A stretch of 64,000 nucleotides of DNA, taken from NCBI RefSeq assembly GCF_035999135.1, contig NZ_DASYGZ010000100.1:4883-68882 (forward strand). Direction: 5' to 3'. Position numbers and translations under genes: made by a program. The notes beneath the pieces were generated by a model. It saw only the letters and a program-made list of their open reading frames with translations. It made no database searches and was not told the DNA's origin. Positions 19,249 through 28,362 of the stretch are shown piece after piece. The first letter of the stretch is position 1. Each line of letters begins with the position of its first letter. Origin of the DNA: Ensifer sp. GTDB lineage: Bacteria > Pseudomonadota > Alphaproteobacteria > Rhizobiales > Rhizobiaceae.

Positions 19249-20040
19249 TCAGAGCGATGCCGTTTGTGGCAGAACGAACGGCACGTGCGCTGCAGGTACG
19301 GCGCCGACCTGCATGCGGCAACCGAAAACCGCTTCCATCGTCTCGTCGGTCAAGACCTCGCGCGGCGTGCCGCAGGCGCGGACCTTGCCGGCCTTCATCA
19401 TCACCATGCGATCGGCGAACATGGCCGTCAGGTTGAGGTCGTGCATGACTGCGATGACGCCGCCGCCGCGCTCGCAGAAACGGCGCGCCAGCTGCATGAT
19501 GCCGAGCTGATGGCGGATATCGAGGCTCGATACGGGCTCGTCGAGCAGAAGGTAGCGCGGCTCGCCGTCGCTCACCGGCTCGGTGATCTGGCAAAGCACC
19601 CGGGCAAGCTGCACGCGCTGCTGCTCGCCGCCGGAAAGCTCCTGGTAGAACCGCCCGGCAAAGCCGGCGAGATCGACGGCGTCCAGCGCCTCGGCTGCGA
19701 TCCGGTCATGAACGGCGGCGTCGGCGTTCGCGCCGGCGGAGAGCCCCAGCCGGACGACCTCCCGCACCGTGAAGGGAAAGGAAATGACGGTCGACTGTGG
19801 CAGCACGCCACGCATGGACGCCAGTTCCCACGGCTTCAGGCCGCGCAGGTCGCGGCCATTGATGCGGATCGTGCCGCCGGCCGGCGCCAGTTCCCCGGAA
19901 ATCGCCTTCAATGTCGTGGTCTTGCCGCAGCCATTGGGCCCGACGATCGCCGTCAGCGCTCCGGGCAGGGCTTCCAGCGAGACGCCGTTGATGACCTGGC
20001 GTCCGCCGAGGCGAACGGTGAGATTGGAAACGTGGATCAT
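19249..20040 (-). CDS. hmuV: Haem ABC ATPase
   Basis: GPNGCGKTT, LSGGEQQRVQLARVL, HDLN; alternative GTG start 20052. Confidence 0.92.
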   Translation of the reverse strand: MIHVSNLTVRLGGRQVINGVSLEALPGALTAIVGPNGCGKTTTLKAISGELAPAGGTIRINGRDLRGLKPWELASMRGVLPQSTVISFPFTVREVVRLGLSAGANADAAVHDRIAAEALDAVDLAGFAGRFYQELSGGEQQRVQLARVLCQITEPVSDGEPRYLLLDEPVSSLDIRHQLGIMQLARRFCERGGGVIAVMHDLNLTAMFADRMVMMKAGKVRACGTPREVLTDETMEAVFGCRMQVGAVPAAHVPFVLPQTASL

Positions 20041-20048
20041 GACGTCGT

Positions 20049-21137
20049 TCACAGTCCCATATTCGAGCGGCCGCGCAGCAGGATCCAGAGGAAGAACGGC
20101 GCGCCGATGAAGGCTGTGACGATCCCGATCGGCAGTTCCGCCGGGGAGACGATGGTGCGCGCGATCATGTCGGCCAGGATCAGAAGCGTGCCGCCCAGGA
20201 GTGCCGAGGCCGGCAGAAGATAGCGATGATCGGGGCCGATGACGAGACGCAACAGATGCGGCACGACAATACCCACGAAGCCGATGCCGCCGCTGACGGC
20301 AACCGACGCGCCCGTGGCTGCCGCAACGCTGACGATTGCGACGTTCTTCAGCCGCTGGACCGGGATGCCCATATGGAAGGCAGCCGCCTCGCCAAGCGTA
20401 ATCGCATTCAGCCCACGCGCGAGAAACGGCGTCACCGCGAGGGAGATGAGGATGATCGGGGCCGAGGCAAGAATCTTCGTCCAGTTTGCGCCGGCCAGGG
20501 AGCCGAGGCCCCAGAAGGTGAGGTCGCGTAACTGCTTGTCGTCGGCCATGAAGACGAGCACGCCGGTCACGGCCCCCGTCAGCGCAGCCAGCGCGATGCC
20601 GGCGAGCAGCAAGGTGGCGATCGACGTCTGGCCACCTCGGGTGGCAATGCGGTAGAGCAGCAACGTCGTGACAAGCCCGCCGGCGAACGCCGCGACAGGC
20701 AACGCGTAGAAGCCGAACAGGGCAAACAGCGGTCCGAAGGTCGCCGTGCCAAGCACGATCAGCAGGACGGCGCCGAGGCTCGCGCCCGAGGAGACGCCGA
20801 CAAGTCCCGGATCGGCAAGCGGATTGCGAAACAGTCCCTGCATGACGACGCCGGAGACGGCGAGCGATGCGCCGACGAGCATGCCGAGCACGGCGCGCGG
20901 CAAGCGGATGTCGAGAATGATGATGCGGTCGCGCACGCTCAAGGCCTGATCGGCTTCGCCGATCAGCCAGTACCAGACGTTCGACAGCGACGCGTCGGCG
21001 GCCCCGGTCATGATCGAGCCGACGAAGGTGGCGGCAGCAAACACCACGAGCACAACGATCAGCAGGCGCGCCAGTCGCGAACGATTGCCGGCCTGCCACT
21101 CGCTGCGAATACCGGCGGCGAAAGTCGTCAGGCGCAT
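20049..21137 (-). CDS. hmuU: Haem ABC permease (FecCD)
   Basis: IRLPRA, RNPLADPG, GIGFVGIVVPH. Confidence 0.92.
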   Translation of the reverse strand: MRLTTFAAGIRSEWQAGNRSRLARLLIVVLVVFAAATFVGSIMTGAADASLSNVWYWLIGEADQALSVRDRIIILDIRLPRAVLGMLVGASLAVSGVVMQGLFRNPLADPGLVGVSSGASLGAVLLIVLGTATFGPLFALFGFYALPVAAFAGGLVTTLLLYRIATRGGQTSIATLLLAGIALAALTGAVTGVLVFMADDKQLRDLTFWGLGSLAGANWTKILASAPIILISLAVTPFLARGLNAITLGEAAAFHMGIPVQRLKNVAIVSVAAATGASVAVSGGIGFVGIVVPHLLRLVIGPDHRYLLPASALLGGTLLILADMIARTIVSPAELPIGIVTAFIGAPFFLWILLRGRSNMGL

Positions 21138-21153
21138 GCCGTTACCCAATGCC

Positions 21154-22104
21154 TCACTGCGAGGCATTGGCCTTCTTTCCGTAGATTTCTGCGTTCAATT
21201 CGCGCACCGCGCTGGCCGTGCGCGGGCCGAAGCCGAGCAGATGCAGGCCGTCCATGCGCACGAGCGCCTTGTCCTTGGCGGCAGGCGTGAGGCTCAACGC
21301 CGGCAGCGCGAAGAGTTCGGCGGCCTTGGCAGAGTGTTCGCCGCCGCGATCCATCATCAGCACCACATCGGGCTTCGCCTCGATGATGGCCTCGTCGGTC
21401 AGCGCCTTGTAGCCGGGAAAGGTGCCGACGGCGTTGACCGCGCCCGCGAGCTCGATGATGCCGTTGGCTGCCGTGCCCGTGCCAGACGCCATGACCTTGC
21501 CGCCCTGGGTGCTGAGGACGAAGAGGACGCGCTTGCGCTCGTTTTGCGGCCGGGCTGCAGCCTCGGTAACAGCGGCGTCGAGGTCGGCTTCGACGCTCTT
21601 TGCCAGCGCTTCGGCCTTGTCCTGCGCACCGAGGAACGCGCCGACGGCGCGGATTTTCGCGGGGATGGCGGCCTTGTCATAGGTGTCTGGCACGCTTTCA
21701 AAGGCGATGTTCGCCTCCTTGAGCACTGCGAGGGCTTCCGGTGGGCCGCTGCCCTCGACGGCGATGATCGCGCTCGGATTGACAGCGATGATGCCCTCGG
21801 GCGCCAGCTGGCGCATGTAGCCGACATCCGGAAGCTTTTTCGCCGCTTCCGGATAGGTGCTCGTGGAGTCGCGACCGACCAGGCGGCCTTCTTCTCCAAG
21901 GGCGTAGACGATCTCGGTAATCGCTCCACCGACCGACACGACGCGCGATACGTCGGCCTTCTGCATGGTCTCGGCCACGGCCGGCCGGATGAAGGACGGC
22001 GAACCGGGCACGAACGCCGGCAGGAGGAAAGGCGCCGACAAAGCGAAAACCGTGAGCGCCAGATCCCGGCGACGAAGCCGGCGGAAGTCGAGACCGTTAA
22101 TCAT
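21154..22104 (-). CDS. hmuT: Haem ABC substrate-binding protein
   Basis: VGRDSTSTYP, DVGYMRQL (Tyr ligand), GFGPRT. Confidence 0.92.
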   Translation of the reverse strand: MINGLDFRRLRRRDLALTVFALSAPFLLPAFVPGSPSFIRPAVAETMQKADVSRVVSVGGAITEIVYALGEEGRLVGRDSTSTYPEAAKKLPDVGYMRQLAPEGIIAVNPSAIIAVEGSGPPEALAVLKEANIAFESVPDTYDKAAIPAKIRAVGAFLGAQDKAEALAKSVEADLDAAVTEAAARPQNERKRVLFVLSTQGGKVMASGTGTAANGIIELAGAVNAVGTFPGYKALTDEAIIEAKPDVVLMMDRGGEHSAKAAELFALPALSLTPAAKDKALVRMDGLHLLGFGPRTASAVRELNAEIYGKKANASQ

Positions 22105-22115
22105 GTTCGGTATCC

Positions 22116-23177
22116 TCAGGCGGCAACCGTGGTGTCGAGGCGCGACATGCCCTCGGCGATCGAACGCCATTCCGGGCGTTCAGCGAAACCTTCCTTCCGC
22201 TTGCCGAAGAACTGTATGATCATTTCACCCTTGGCGTCGAGCGCCTCGATCGAGGTGACATGACCATCGGCGGTCGGCTTGCGGACGGCCCAGAGCTCGG
22301 CGATATGGTCGGTGCGCAGATGCAGGTGGAAGGTCGGATCCATCACGTTCAGCCAGGGGCCCATCATCGCGATCTTTTCGATCGGGCCGGAATGGATCTG
22401 GATCATGCCGCGATTGCCGACGAAGCACATGATCGGCAGTTCGACCTTGGCGCTCTCCTGCATCATGGTTTGGAGGCTGGATGGGTCGAGCTTCCAGGCG
22501 AAGTCCTCGCCGATGTTGGTGAGCGCCTGGCGGCGGCCGATCTTCAGCTTGCGCAACATGCCGTGGAACTGATGCGTGTCCGTCATCTTCGTCCAGCGAT
22601 CGCGCAGTTCCTCGATGTCGACGACCGTTTCCGGCTTATCGTCGCCGGCCGGGATGCTCGCGTCGGCGGTGAAGTCCTGGGTCTGATCCTCAAGGCGGAA
22701 GTCCTCGACGATCTTGTCATAGGCCGCGACATCAGATGCGGCGCGCAGATGCACCTTGTGAACGGCATTGCCCCACTTGTCGAAGAACTGCAGGCTCTTG
22801 CGGGCTTCGCCGCTGTCGTCGGTCTTGGTGACGGCGAAGGCGTGGGCCCAGGCGCTCGGGAAGACGCGAAGGTCGATCTGTTCGCCAAGCACGATGCTGG
22901 CCATTTCGCCGGTGGTGATCTTCTCGTAGACGCCGATCTTCTCGTGCACGGCGCTTTCATTGCGGGTCAGCGCCATAACCTCGCCGAGTTCCTCGACGCG
23001 CGACAGGAACCGGTTGGCGTCGGCATCGATGCGCACGGCGGTCAACCCACACTCGGCGGCAACGAGAGCGGCTTCAGAAACGCCGAGCTGGGCTGCGATA
23101 TCACGCTCGCGCATCTTCGGGTTTTCGGCGCGGTAGGCGCGGATTTCGGAAGGGGTAGGGCGAAGGCTCTCGGTCAT
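22116..23177 (-). CDS. hmuS: Haem-degrading/chaperone protein HmuS (ChuS/HemS)
   Basis: RERDIAAQLGVSEA, FHLHL, IQFFGKRK. Confidence 0.93.
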   Translation of the reverse strand: MTESLRPTPSEIRAYRAENPKMRERDIAAQLGVSEAALVAAECGLTAVRIDADANRFLSRVEELGEVMALTRNESAVHEKIGVYEKITTGEMASIVLGEQIDLRVFPSAWAHAFAVTKTDDSGEARKSLQFFDKWGNAVHKVHLRAASDVAAYDKIVEDFRLEDQTQDFTADASIPAGDDKPETVVDIEELRDRWTKMTDTHQFHGMLRKLKIGRRQALTNIGEDFAWKLDPSSLQTMMQESAKVELPIMCFVGNRGMIQIHSGPIEKIAMMGPWLNVMDPTFHLHLRTDHIAELWAVRKPTADGHVTSIEALDAKGEMIIQFFGKRKEGFAERPEWRSIAEGMSRLDTTVAA

Positions 23178-23187
23178 GTTCGTCTGC

Positions 23188-23367
23188 CTATTTGTTCAGG
23201 ATCAGTTTGCCCTGGCGGGTGATCTTCATGCGATAGATCGCGCCGTCGTGGGAAATGAGAATCTCGTTTTCAGAGCCGAAGAGCTCGCGACTTTCGATCA
23301 TCCGTTGCGCGCGTGTCGCCTGGGTCGGCGGGTCGATCGGGCGGGCGGGATTGTTGTCGTTGGTCAC
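23188..23367 (-). CDS. hmuP: Haemin uptake regulator HmuP/HemP
   Basis: IESRELF...YRMKITRQGKLILNK; GTG start. Confidence 0.9.
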   Translation of the reverse strand: MTNDNNPARPIDPPTQATRAQRMIESRELFGSENEILISHDGAIYRMKITRQGKLILNK

Positions 23368-23443
23368 TGCGGTTCGGCCGTTTCGAGTGTGCAGGCTGCG
23401 TTGATTTCCCCGCATTTCCTGCCGTGCAATTCGATTACTATCT

Positions 23444-23458
23444 TGACTTCATTACTCA
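23444..23458. promoter_or_regulatory. IRO (RirA) box in hmuP/tonB divergent promoter
   Basis: TGA-CTTCATTAC-TCA = TGA-N9-TCA in AT-rich context. Confidence 0.7.
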
Positions 23459-23576
23459 TATTTATTTATGGACGCAATACCGGACTTATATTCTCAAGTT
23501 AGTTGTTGCCGGCTTGTGGACAAGGGCGTGCGGACGGCGTTCGGTGGTGCGCTCAATCCTTTGGAGTGGTGTCGTT

Positions 23577-24014
23577 ATGAAGTTTTCCAGCCTCCCGATT
23601 GTTTCCGCTGTTTTGCTGGCGCTCGTTGCCGCAAGCCCTGCCAAGGCGCAGGAGGCCGCAGCGACCGGAGGTCTGACGATCGAACTCAACGAGGTCGCCC
23701 CGTCGCAAAAAGGCTGCAAGCTTACCTTCGTCGCGGGCAATGCGTTCGCCCAGTCGCTGAGCAAGGTTTCCTTCGAGTTCGTGATCTTTGATCAGAAGGG
23801 GCTCGTCGAGCGCATGGCCGTGCTCGACTTCCGCGACCTTCCGGCCGGCAAGACCAAGGTTCGCCAGTTCGATCTTCCCGGAACCAATTGCGATGCGGTG
23901 AAGAGCCTTTTGATCAACGACGCGCCGGCCTGCGTCGGTGACGGGGTCGAGCCGGCCGCCTGCATGACCGGGATCAAGACCGGTTCGAAGTCGGCAGTCG
24001 AACTCAAGGGTTGA
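23577..24014 (+). CDS. Secreted hypothetical protein upstream of tonB
   Basis: Signal peptide (PAKA-Q), four Cys, beta-rich. Confidence 0.75.
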   Translation: MKFSSLPIVSAVLLALVAASPAKAQEAAATGGLTIELNEVAPSQKGCKLTFVAGNAFAQSLSKVSFEFVIFDQKGLVERMAVLDFRDLPAGKTKVRQFDLPGTNCDAVKSLLINDAPACVGDGVEPAACMTGIKTGSKSAVELKG

Positions 24015-24074
24015 GGCGCGGCCGCGCACTCTGAGCAGGATTTGCGCCATGTGGGGCGCGAAGGTTAGGCAGTC

Positions 24075-24989
24075 ATGAAGCGTATCGTCATCTGGACCGG
24101 GGCCGCGGTTTTCTCGCTTGCAACGCATGGCGTCGTGCTTGCGACGTTGTTCGGGTCCTCGCCGCCGGAGGACGAGCCCGCCCTGATGATTGGCGGCGTG
24201 ACGACCGAGGTCGCCATTCTCGGTGACGCGTTCGCGGACACGCTGCAGGCCGGCGACCCCTCCGAGATTGTCGAGCCGACCGAAGACCTGCCCGACGAGG
24301 TGAAGCCGGAAGAGATCACGCCGATCGAGGACGTTACATCGACCACCCCGGAAATCGTCGCCGAACAACCGCACGATTTGGTTGCCACGGAAGCAGACGT
24401 CATTCTGCCGGCCGAGGAGATGCCGACCTTGCAGGTGGCCGAAGCGGTCGTGACCGCGAGCGTCGCGCCGGTCGAAACCGTCGTGCCGGAAGAAAAGCCG
24501 GAGATCGAGGAGCCGAAGAAGGAAAAGGTTGAAAAGCCTGAACCGAAGAAAGAGCCGGTCAAGAAGAAAAAAGTGACCCGCAAGAAGACCGGCGAAAAGG
24601 GGGAGCAGGCGCAAACCCAGGTCAAGGGACAGGCGGACGGCCAGATCAGCGGCAACACGACGGCGGCCACCGGCCAAGGGCAGGCGGCAGCGGTTATCGG
24701 GAATGCCGGCGTGGAAAACTACAAGGGCAAGGTCCGATCGAAGGTTCAGCGCGTATTTCTGAGGAAGTCGCGCGGGATCCGCAGTGGCGAGGGCAGTGCT
24801 GCGACCGTCGCGTTCGTCGTCGCGGCCAATGGCGGCCTGGCAAGCGTCAACCTTGTCCGCAGCTCCGGGTCCGATCGCCTCGACAAGGCTGCCATCGATT
24901 CGGTCCGCAGCGCCGCCCCTTTCGCGGCGATCCCGGCCGGTTCGGGCAGGAGCAGCTGGAGTTTCACCGTTCCCATGTCCGTCAACTGA
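24075..24989 (+). CDS. tonB: TonB energy transducer
   Basis: N-terminal TM with SLATH, E/P/K-rich linker, RSSG..LDKAA..VR C-terminal domain. Confidence 0.88.
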   Translation: MKRIVIWTGAAVFSLATHGVVLATLFGSSPPEDEPALMIGGVTTEVAILGDAFADTLQAGDPSEIVEPTEDLPDEVKPEEITPIEDVTSTTPEIVAEQPHDLVATEADVILPAEEMPTLQVAEAVVTASVAPVETVVPEEKPEIEEPKKEKVEKPEPKKEPVKKKKVTRKKTGEKGEQAQTQVKGQADGQISGNTTAATGQGQAAAVIGNAGVENYKGKVRSKVQRVFLRKSRGIRSGEGSAATVAFVVAANGGLASVNLVRSSGSDRLDKAAIDSVRSAAPFAAIPAGSGRSSWSFTVPMSVN

Positions 24990-25049
24990 GGGTAGCGCGC
25001 GGTCCCCGCTGCGCGCTGACGGAGAGGTGATTTCGGCCTCTAAAAAATA

Positions 25050-25064
25050 TGATGAAAAAACTCA
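25050..25064. promoter_or_regulatory. Second IRO box
   Basis: TGA-TGAAAAAAC-TCA. Confidence 0.65.
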
Positions 25065-25200
25065 TGTTTATACTTTACTCTGTTTCTCAAGTTTAATAGG
25101 TTGCCCTCGTCACGCAGCCGATGGGGCGTGTGTCGAGAGATGTCCCGATGCGACCAAAGGCCCGTGAAGGCTTGTCGCACGATCAGACGGAGAGGATTGC

Positions 25201-25614
25201 ATGCGCGGCAAGCGTCACCAGAATGCGGCAAAGAATGGCAAGGGTCGCTCGGGCTCGGAACCGGCAGACACCCGCCAGCAGGCCGGAAAGGCGACGCTCG
25301 AAGGGCGCAGCTTCCTTTATGTCGGCGGCCGCGATTGTCAGGTGGCGCACTTGCGCGAAATCGCCAGCTCCTTCGGCGCCGAACTGCTTCATCACGACGG
25401 CGGCCTGCGCGAGGCGGTCTCGCGCATCGACCGGGTGCTTCCCTCCGTCGACTGCGTCTTCTGCCCGATCGACTGCATCAGCCATGACGCATGTCTTCGT
25501 GTGAAGACCGGCTGCAAGAAGTGGGGCAAGGCCTTCGTGCCGCTGCGCAACGGCTCGAAGTCGAGCCTCGAGCGGGCGCTGCAGGACCTGACCACCAGCC
25601 GCGACGAGCGATAA
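25201..25614 (+). CDS. DUF2325-domain protein
   Basis: LYVGGR...HHDGG...VDCVFCPIDCISHDAC. Confidence 0.8.
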   Translation: MRGKRHQNAAKNGKGRSGSEPADTRQQAGKATLEGRSFLYVGGRDCQVAHLREIASSFGAELLHHDGGLREAVSRIDRVLPSVDCVFCPIDCISHDACLRVKTGCKKWGKAFVPLRNGSKSSLERALQDLTTSRDER

Positions 25615-25653
25615 TCTCCCTTCAAGCAATTCCAAGCAGACAAGAGCTTTCCA

Positions 25654-25923
25654 ATGAACGAAGAACGTCCTGACCTGTGCATGATGATCGGTCTGCACAA
25701 GCTGGCCGCGCAGCAGGGCGATGGCCTGGTGCCCGAACTCTACGAGATCCTGACGCGCCGTGCGCGCATGCTGGACGAACATGCGAACGTCGCCGAGTTT
25801 CCGGCGTGGCAGGCCCGCCCGCCGGTGCGCGATCCGCTCGGACTTGCGGAGCCGAAGGAAGGCACTATTCTCGCCTTTCCCGGTGCCGCCAACGACGCCA
25901 ACCGGAAAAAAGAAAGCGCCTAA
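25654..25923 (+). CDS. Small hypothetical protein
   Basis: 89-aa ORF filling the gap in a co-directional run; TILAFP-like tail. Confidence 0.6.
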   Translation: MNEERPDLCMMIGLHKLAAQQGDGLVPELYEILTRRARMLDEHANVAEFPAWQARPPVRDPLGLAEPKEGTILAFPGAANDANRKKESA

Positions 25924-26033
25924 AGCGCATCGCGAACTTTCAGATTTGCGCTCGCTTTAAGTTGTTGATTTGTCGCATGTCGTTATCGCAAGAGAGCTGC
26001 ACACTTTTGCGCGACGTGCTCTAGGAGCTCCCG

Positions 26034-26348
26034 ATGTTTGTCGCCATGAACCGTTTCCGCATCGCCATCGGCCATGAAGAGGCTTTCGAAGCCGTGTGGA
26101 AGGGGCGTGACTCCAGTCTTTCGGACATGCCGGGCTTTGTCTCCTTCCATCTGTTGCGCGGCGACAGCGTGGCGGAGGAGGGCTATACGCTGTTCGTGTC
26201 GAACTCGGTCTGGAAGGACAGGGACGCATTCTCGGCCTGGACGAAGTCTGAGAATTTTCGCGCCGCCCACAGAAATGCCGGCGACAACAGGGCAATGTAC
26301 CTCGGCCCGCCGAAGTTCGAAGGCTTCTCCGCCGTCGAAGGCGCGTGA
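26034..26348 (+). CDS. IsdG/HmuQ-like haem monooxygenase (ABM family)
   Basis: FVAMNRF Asn, SVW Trp, AAHR His; GGAG SD. Confidence 0.85.
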   Translation: MFVAMNRFRIAIGHEEAFEAVWKGRDSSLSDMPGFVSFHLLRGDSVAEEGYTLFVSNSVWKDRDAFSAWTKSENFRAAHRNAGDNRAMYLGPPKFEGFSAVEGA

Positions 26349-26422
26349 TCCGGGGCAACCCGCTTTGATTTAATCCTGTTCGTCTCCCGCATGGACCATG
26401 CGGGAGGCGAATGCGTCTAGGG

Positions 26423-26791
26423 TTACGCCGTCTTTTTTGGCATGAACGCGCCGAGCGAGATGGCGAGCCAGCCGGCCATGATCGTCGTGCCGCCGAGCGG
26501 GGCCGACATCGGGAACAGGCCGTGGCCTGCGACATGGCGCATGGCGAGATCGGCCGAAAACAGTGCCGTCCCCAGGGCGATCAAGAGAGCCGCGACGGCG
26601 GCCGTGCGGAAATTCGGCCAGGCGGCGTAAAGTGCTACGAGCGTCGGTGCATGCGCCAGGCACATGGCGGAAATTCCGGCGAGCAGGCGCGGGTCGGTGC
26701 CGTGCGAGGCGCCGGCGGCGCTGACGACGCCGGTCAATCCCATCAGTCCGGCGACAAAGAGCGTCGTTGCGCGAAATCCGCTGTGCGACAT
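26423..26791 (-). CDS. DUF423 small membrane protein
   Basis: AAGASHG, LFSADL, PLGG..IMAGW. Confidence 0.85.
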   Translation of the reverse strand: MSHSGFRATTLFVAGLMGLTGVVSAAGASHGTDPRLLAGISAMCLAHAPTLVALYAAWPNFRTAAVAALLIALGTALFSADLAMRHVAGHGLFPMSAPLGGTTIMAGWLAISLGAFMPKKTA

Positions 26792-26797
26792 CTGACA

Positions 26798-27190
26798 TTA
26801 TTCCTTGTTCTGCATATGAAAAGCGAGGCGGGTGATCGGCTCGAGGATGATGTCTCTCAGCTTCGGGTGGGCGACGGCTTCCTCGAGCGCGCGGGTGAAG
26901 CACAGCAGCCATTCGTCGCGTTCCGCAGGGCCGATCTCGGCGACGAAGTGACGGCGACGCAGCATCGGGTGGCCGCGCTTCTCGACGTAGATCGGCGGCC
27001 CGCCGAGCCAGCCGGTGAGGTACTCGTAGAACTTCTCTTCACTGCCCGAAAGATCCGGCGGATGCACGGCGCGGCAGCGTGCCGCTTCTGGCAACGTATC
27101 CATCAGCTCATAGAAGCGGCGCGTGAGCGCGCGCACCGTCGGATCGCCGCCGATGGCTTCGTAGAGGGTGGTGGTTTCGGTTTCCGCCAT
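26798..27190 (-). CDS. Group II truncated haemoglobin
   Basis: LYEAIGG, WLGGPPIY, GHPMLRRRH. Confidence 0.92.
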   Translation of the reverse strand: MAETETTTLYEAIGGDPTVRALTRRFYELMDTLPEAARCRAVHPPDLSGSEEKFYEYLTGWLGGPPIYVEKRGHPMLRRRHFVAEIGPAERDEWLLCFTRALEEAVAHPKLRDIILEPITRLAFHMQNKE

Positions 27191-27294
27191 GATCGCGTCC
27201 TTCGTTGCTGCGGTCGTAGCGCGCGACGACCTGTCCGACAACGGTTTTCGGGGTTGCCGGTTTGCGGCGTTTCATCGCGGATTGCCTCTGGTCA

Positions 27295-27324
27295 CTTGAC
27301 AAACCGTCCAGACGGTATCTTTAT
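27295..27324 (+). promoter_or_regulatory. tetR promoter with palindromic operator
   Basis: CTTGAC-N18-CTTTAT; ACCGTC-CA-GACGGT at 27303-27316. Confidence 0.7.
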
Positions 27325-27330
27325 GCGTCT

Positions 27331-27891
27331 ATGACCGAAGCCCATCGCCGCAAGAAACAGCCGGAGCAGGTGCGCCAGCAATTGCTGGAGGTTGCTGCAC
27401 GCCTGTCGCACGAGCAGGGGGTTGCCGGCATCACGCTGGATGCCGTCTCGCAGGCGGCCGGCGTCAGCAAGGGCGGGCTTTTGCACCATTTCCCGAACAA
27501 GCTCGCGCTTCTCGACGGGCTGTTCGACGATCTGGTGACCCGTTTCGACCGCGAGATCGAGGCGGCGATCGCGAGCGATCCGGTGGCGAAAGGGCGCTTT
27601 ACACGCGCCTATATCGACGTCTGCTTCGCGCTCGATCCGGCAACCGACGTACCGGGTTGGCGCATGCTGACGATCGCACTCATTGCCGAGCCGCATCTGA
27701 AGGCGCGCTGGCGCGACTGGGTGAGGCGTCGGTCCGTGGAGTTCGCCGACACCGATGGCTCGACGGGTTGCGTGCTGGCGCGTTTTGCCTGTGACGGCGT
27801 GTGGCTGGCCGACCTGATGCAGAGCCACGAGCTCGACGCCGCGGCGCGGGCCGGCCTGGTCGAAAGCCTGAAGGGGCTATCGGTTCAATAA
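27331..27891 (+). CDS. TetR-family regulator
   Basis: TLDAVSQAAGVSKGGLLHHFPNK HTH. Confidence 0.92.
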   Translation: MTEAHRRKKQPEQVRQQLLEVAARLSHEQGVAGITLDAVSQAAGVSKGGLLHHFPNKLALLDGLFDDLVTRFDREIEAAIASDPVAKGRFTRAYIDVCFALDPATDVPGWRMLTIALIAEPHLKARWRDWVRRRSVEFADTDGSTGCVLARFACDGVWLADLMQSHELDAAARAGLVESLKGLSVQ

Positions 27892-28010
27892 CGCATTCCG
27901 TTTCTCAGCGACACGGTAACGCAATCGACGTCTTTGAAAATCACGCAACTGCGGACGGAGGGCCTCCGAGCTCTCTCCCGGAACTGCCCTCGTTCGGAAT
28001 GGAGACCATC

Positions 28011-28352
28011 ATGAACCCCGCCATGCTCTACAGCGTCCTGGTCGCGGCAATCATCTTCGAGGTGCTCGGCACTTCGGCAATGCAGGCGGCGCAGCATTTT
28101 TCCCGGCTGGGGCCGACGGTCATGATGGTGGTCTGCTACGCGATCGCCTTCTTCTTCCTGTCCTACACCCTGCGTTTCATCCCGGTCGGAATTGCCTATG
28201 CGGTGTGGAGCGGGCTCGGCATCGTCCTGATATCGCTGGTCGGCTATGTCGCCTTCGGGCAGAAGCTGGATCTCGCAGCGATGCTGGGGCTCGGCCTGAT
28301 CATCGCCGGGGTGGTGGTTCTCAACCTCTTCTCAAAATCCACCTTCCACTGA
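28011..28352 (+). CDS. SMR-family multidrug efflux protein (EmrE-like)
   Basis: FEVLGT (Glu14), PVGIAYAVWSGLG. Confidence 0.9.
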   Translation: MNPAMLYSVLVAAIIFEVLGTSAMQAAQHFSRLGPTVMMVVCYAIAFFFLSYTLRFIPVGIAYAVWSGLGIVLISLVGYVAFGQKLDLAAMLGLGLIIAGVVVLNLFSKSTFH

Positions 28353-28362
28353 CGTCCGCCGC

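Noticed and set aside
24480-24600. Repetitive GAA/AAG/CCG stretch in tonB
   Set aside because: Ordinary Glu-Pro/Lys-Pro TonB linker
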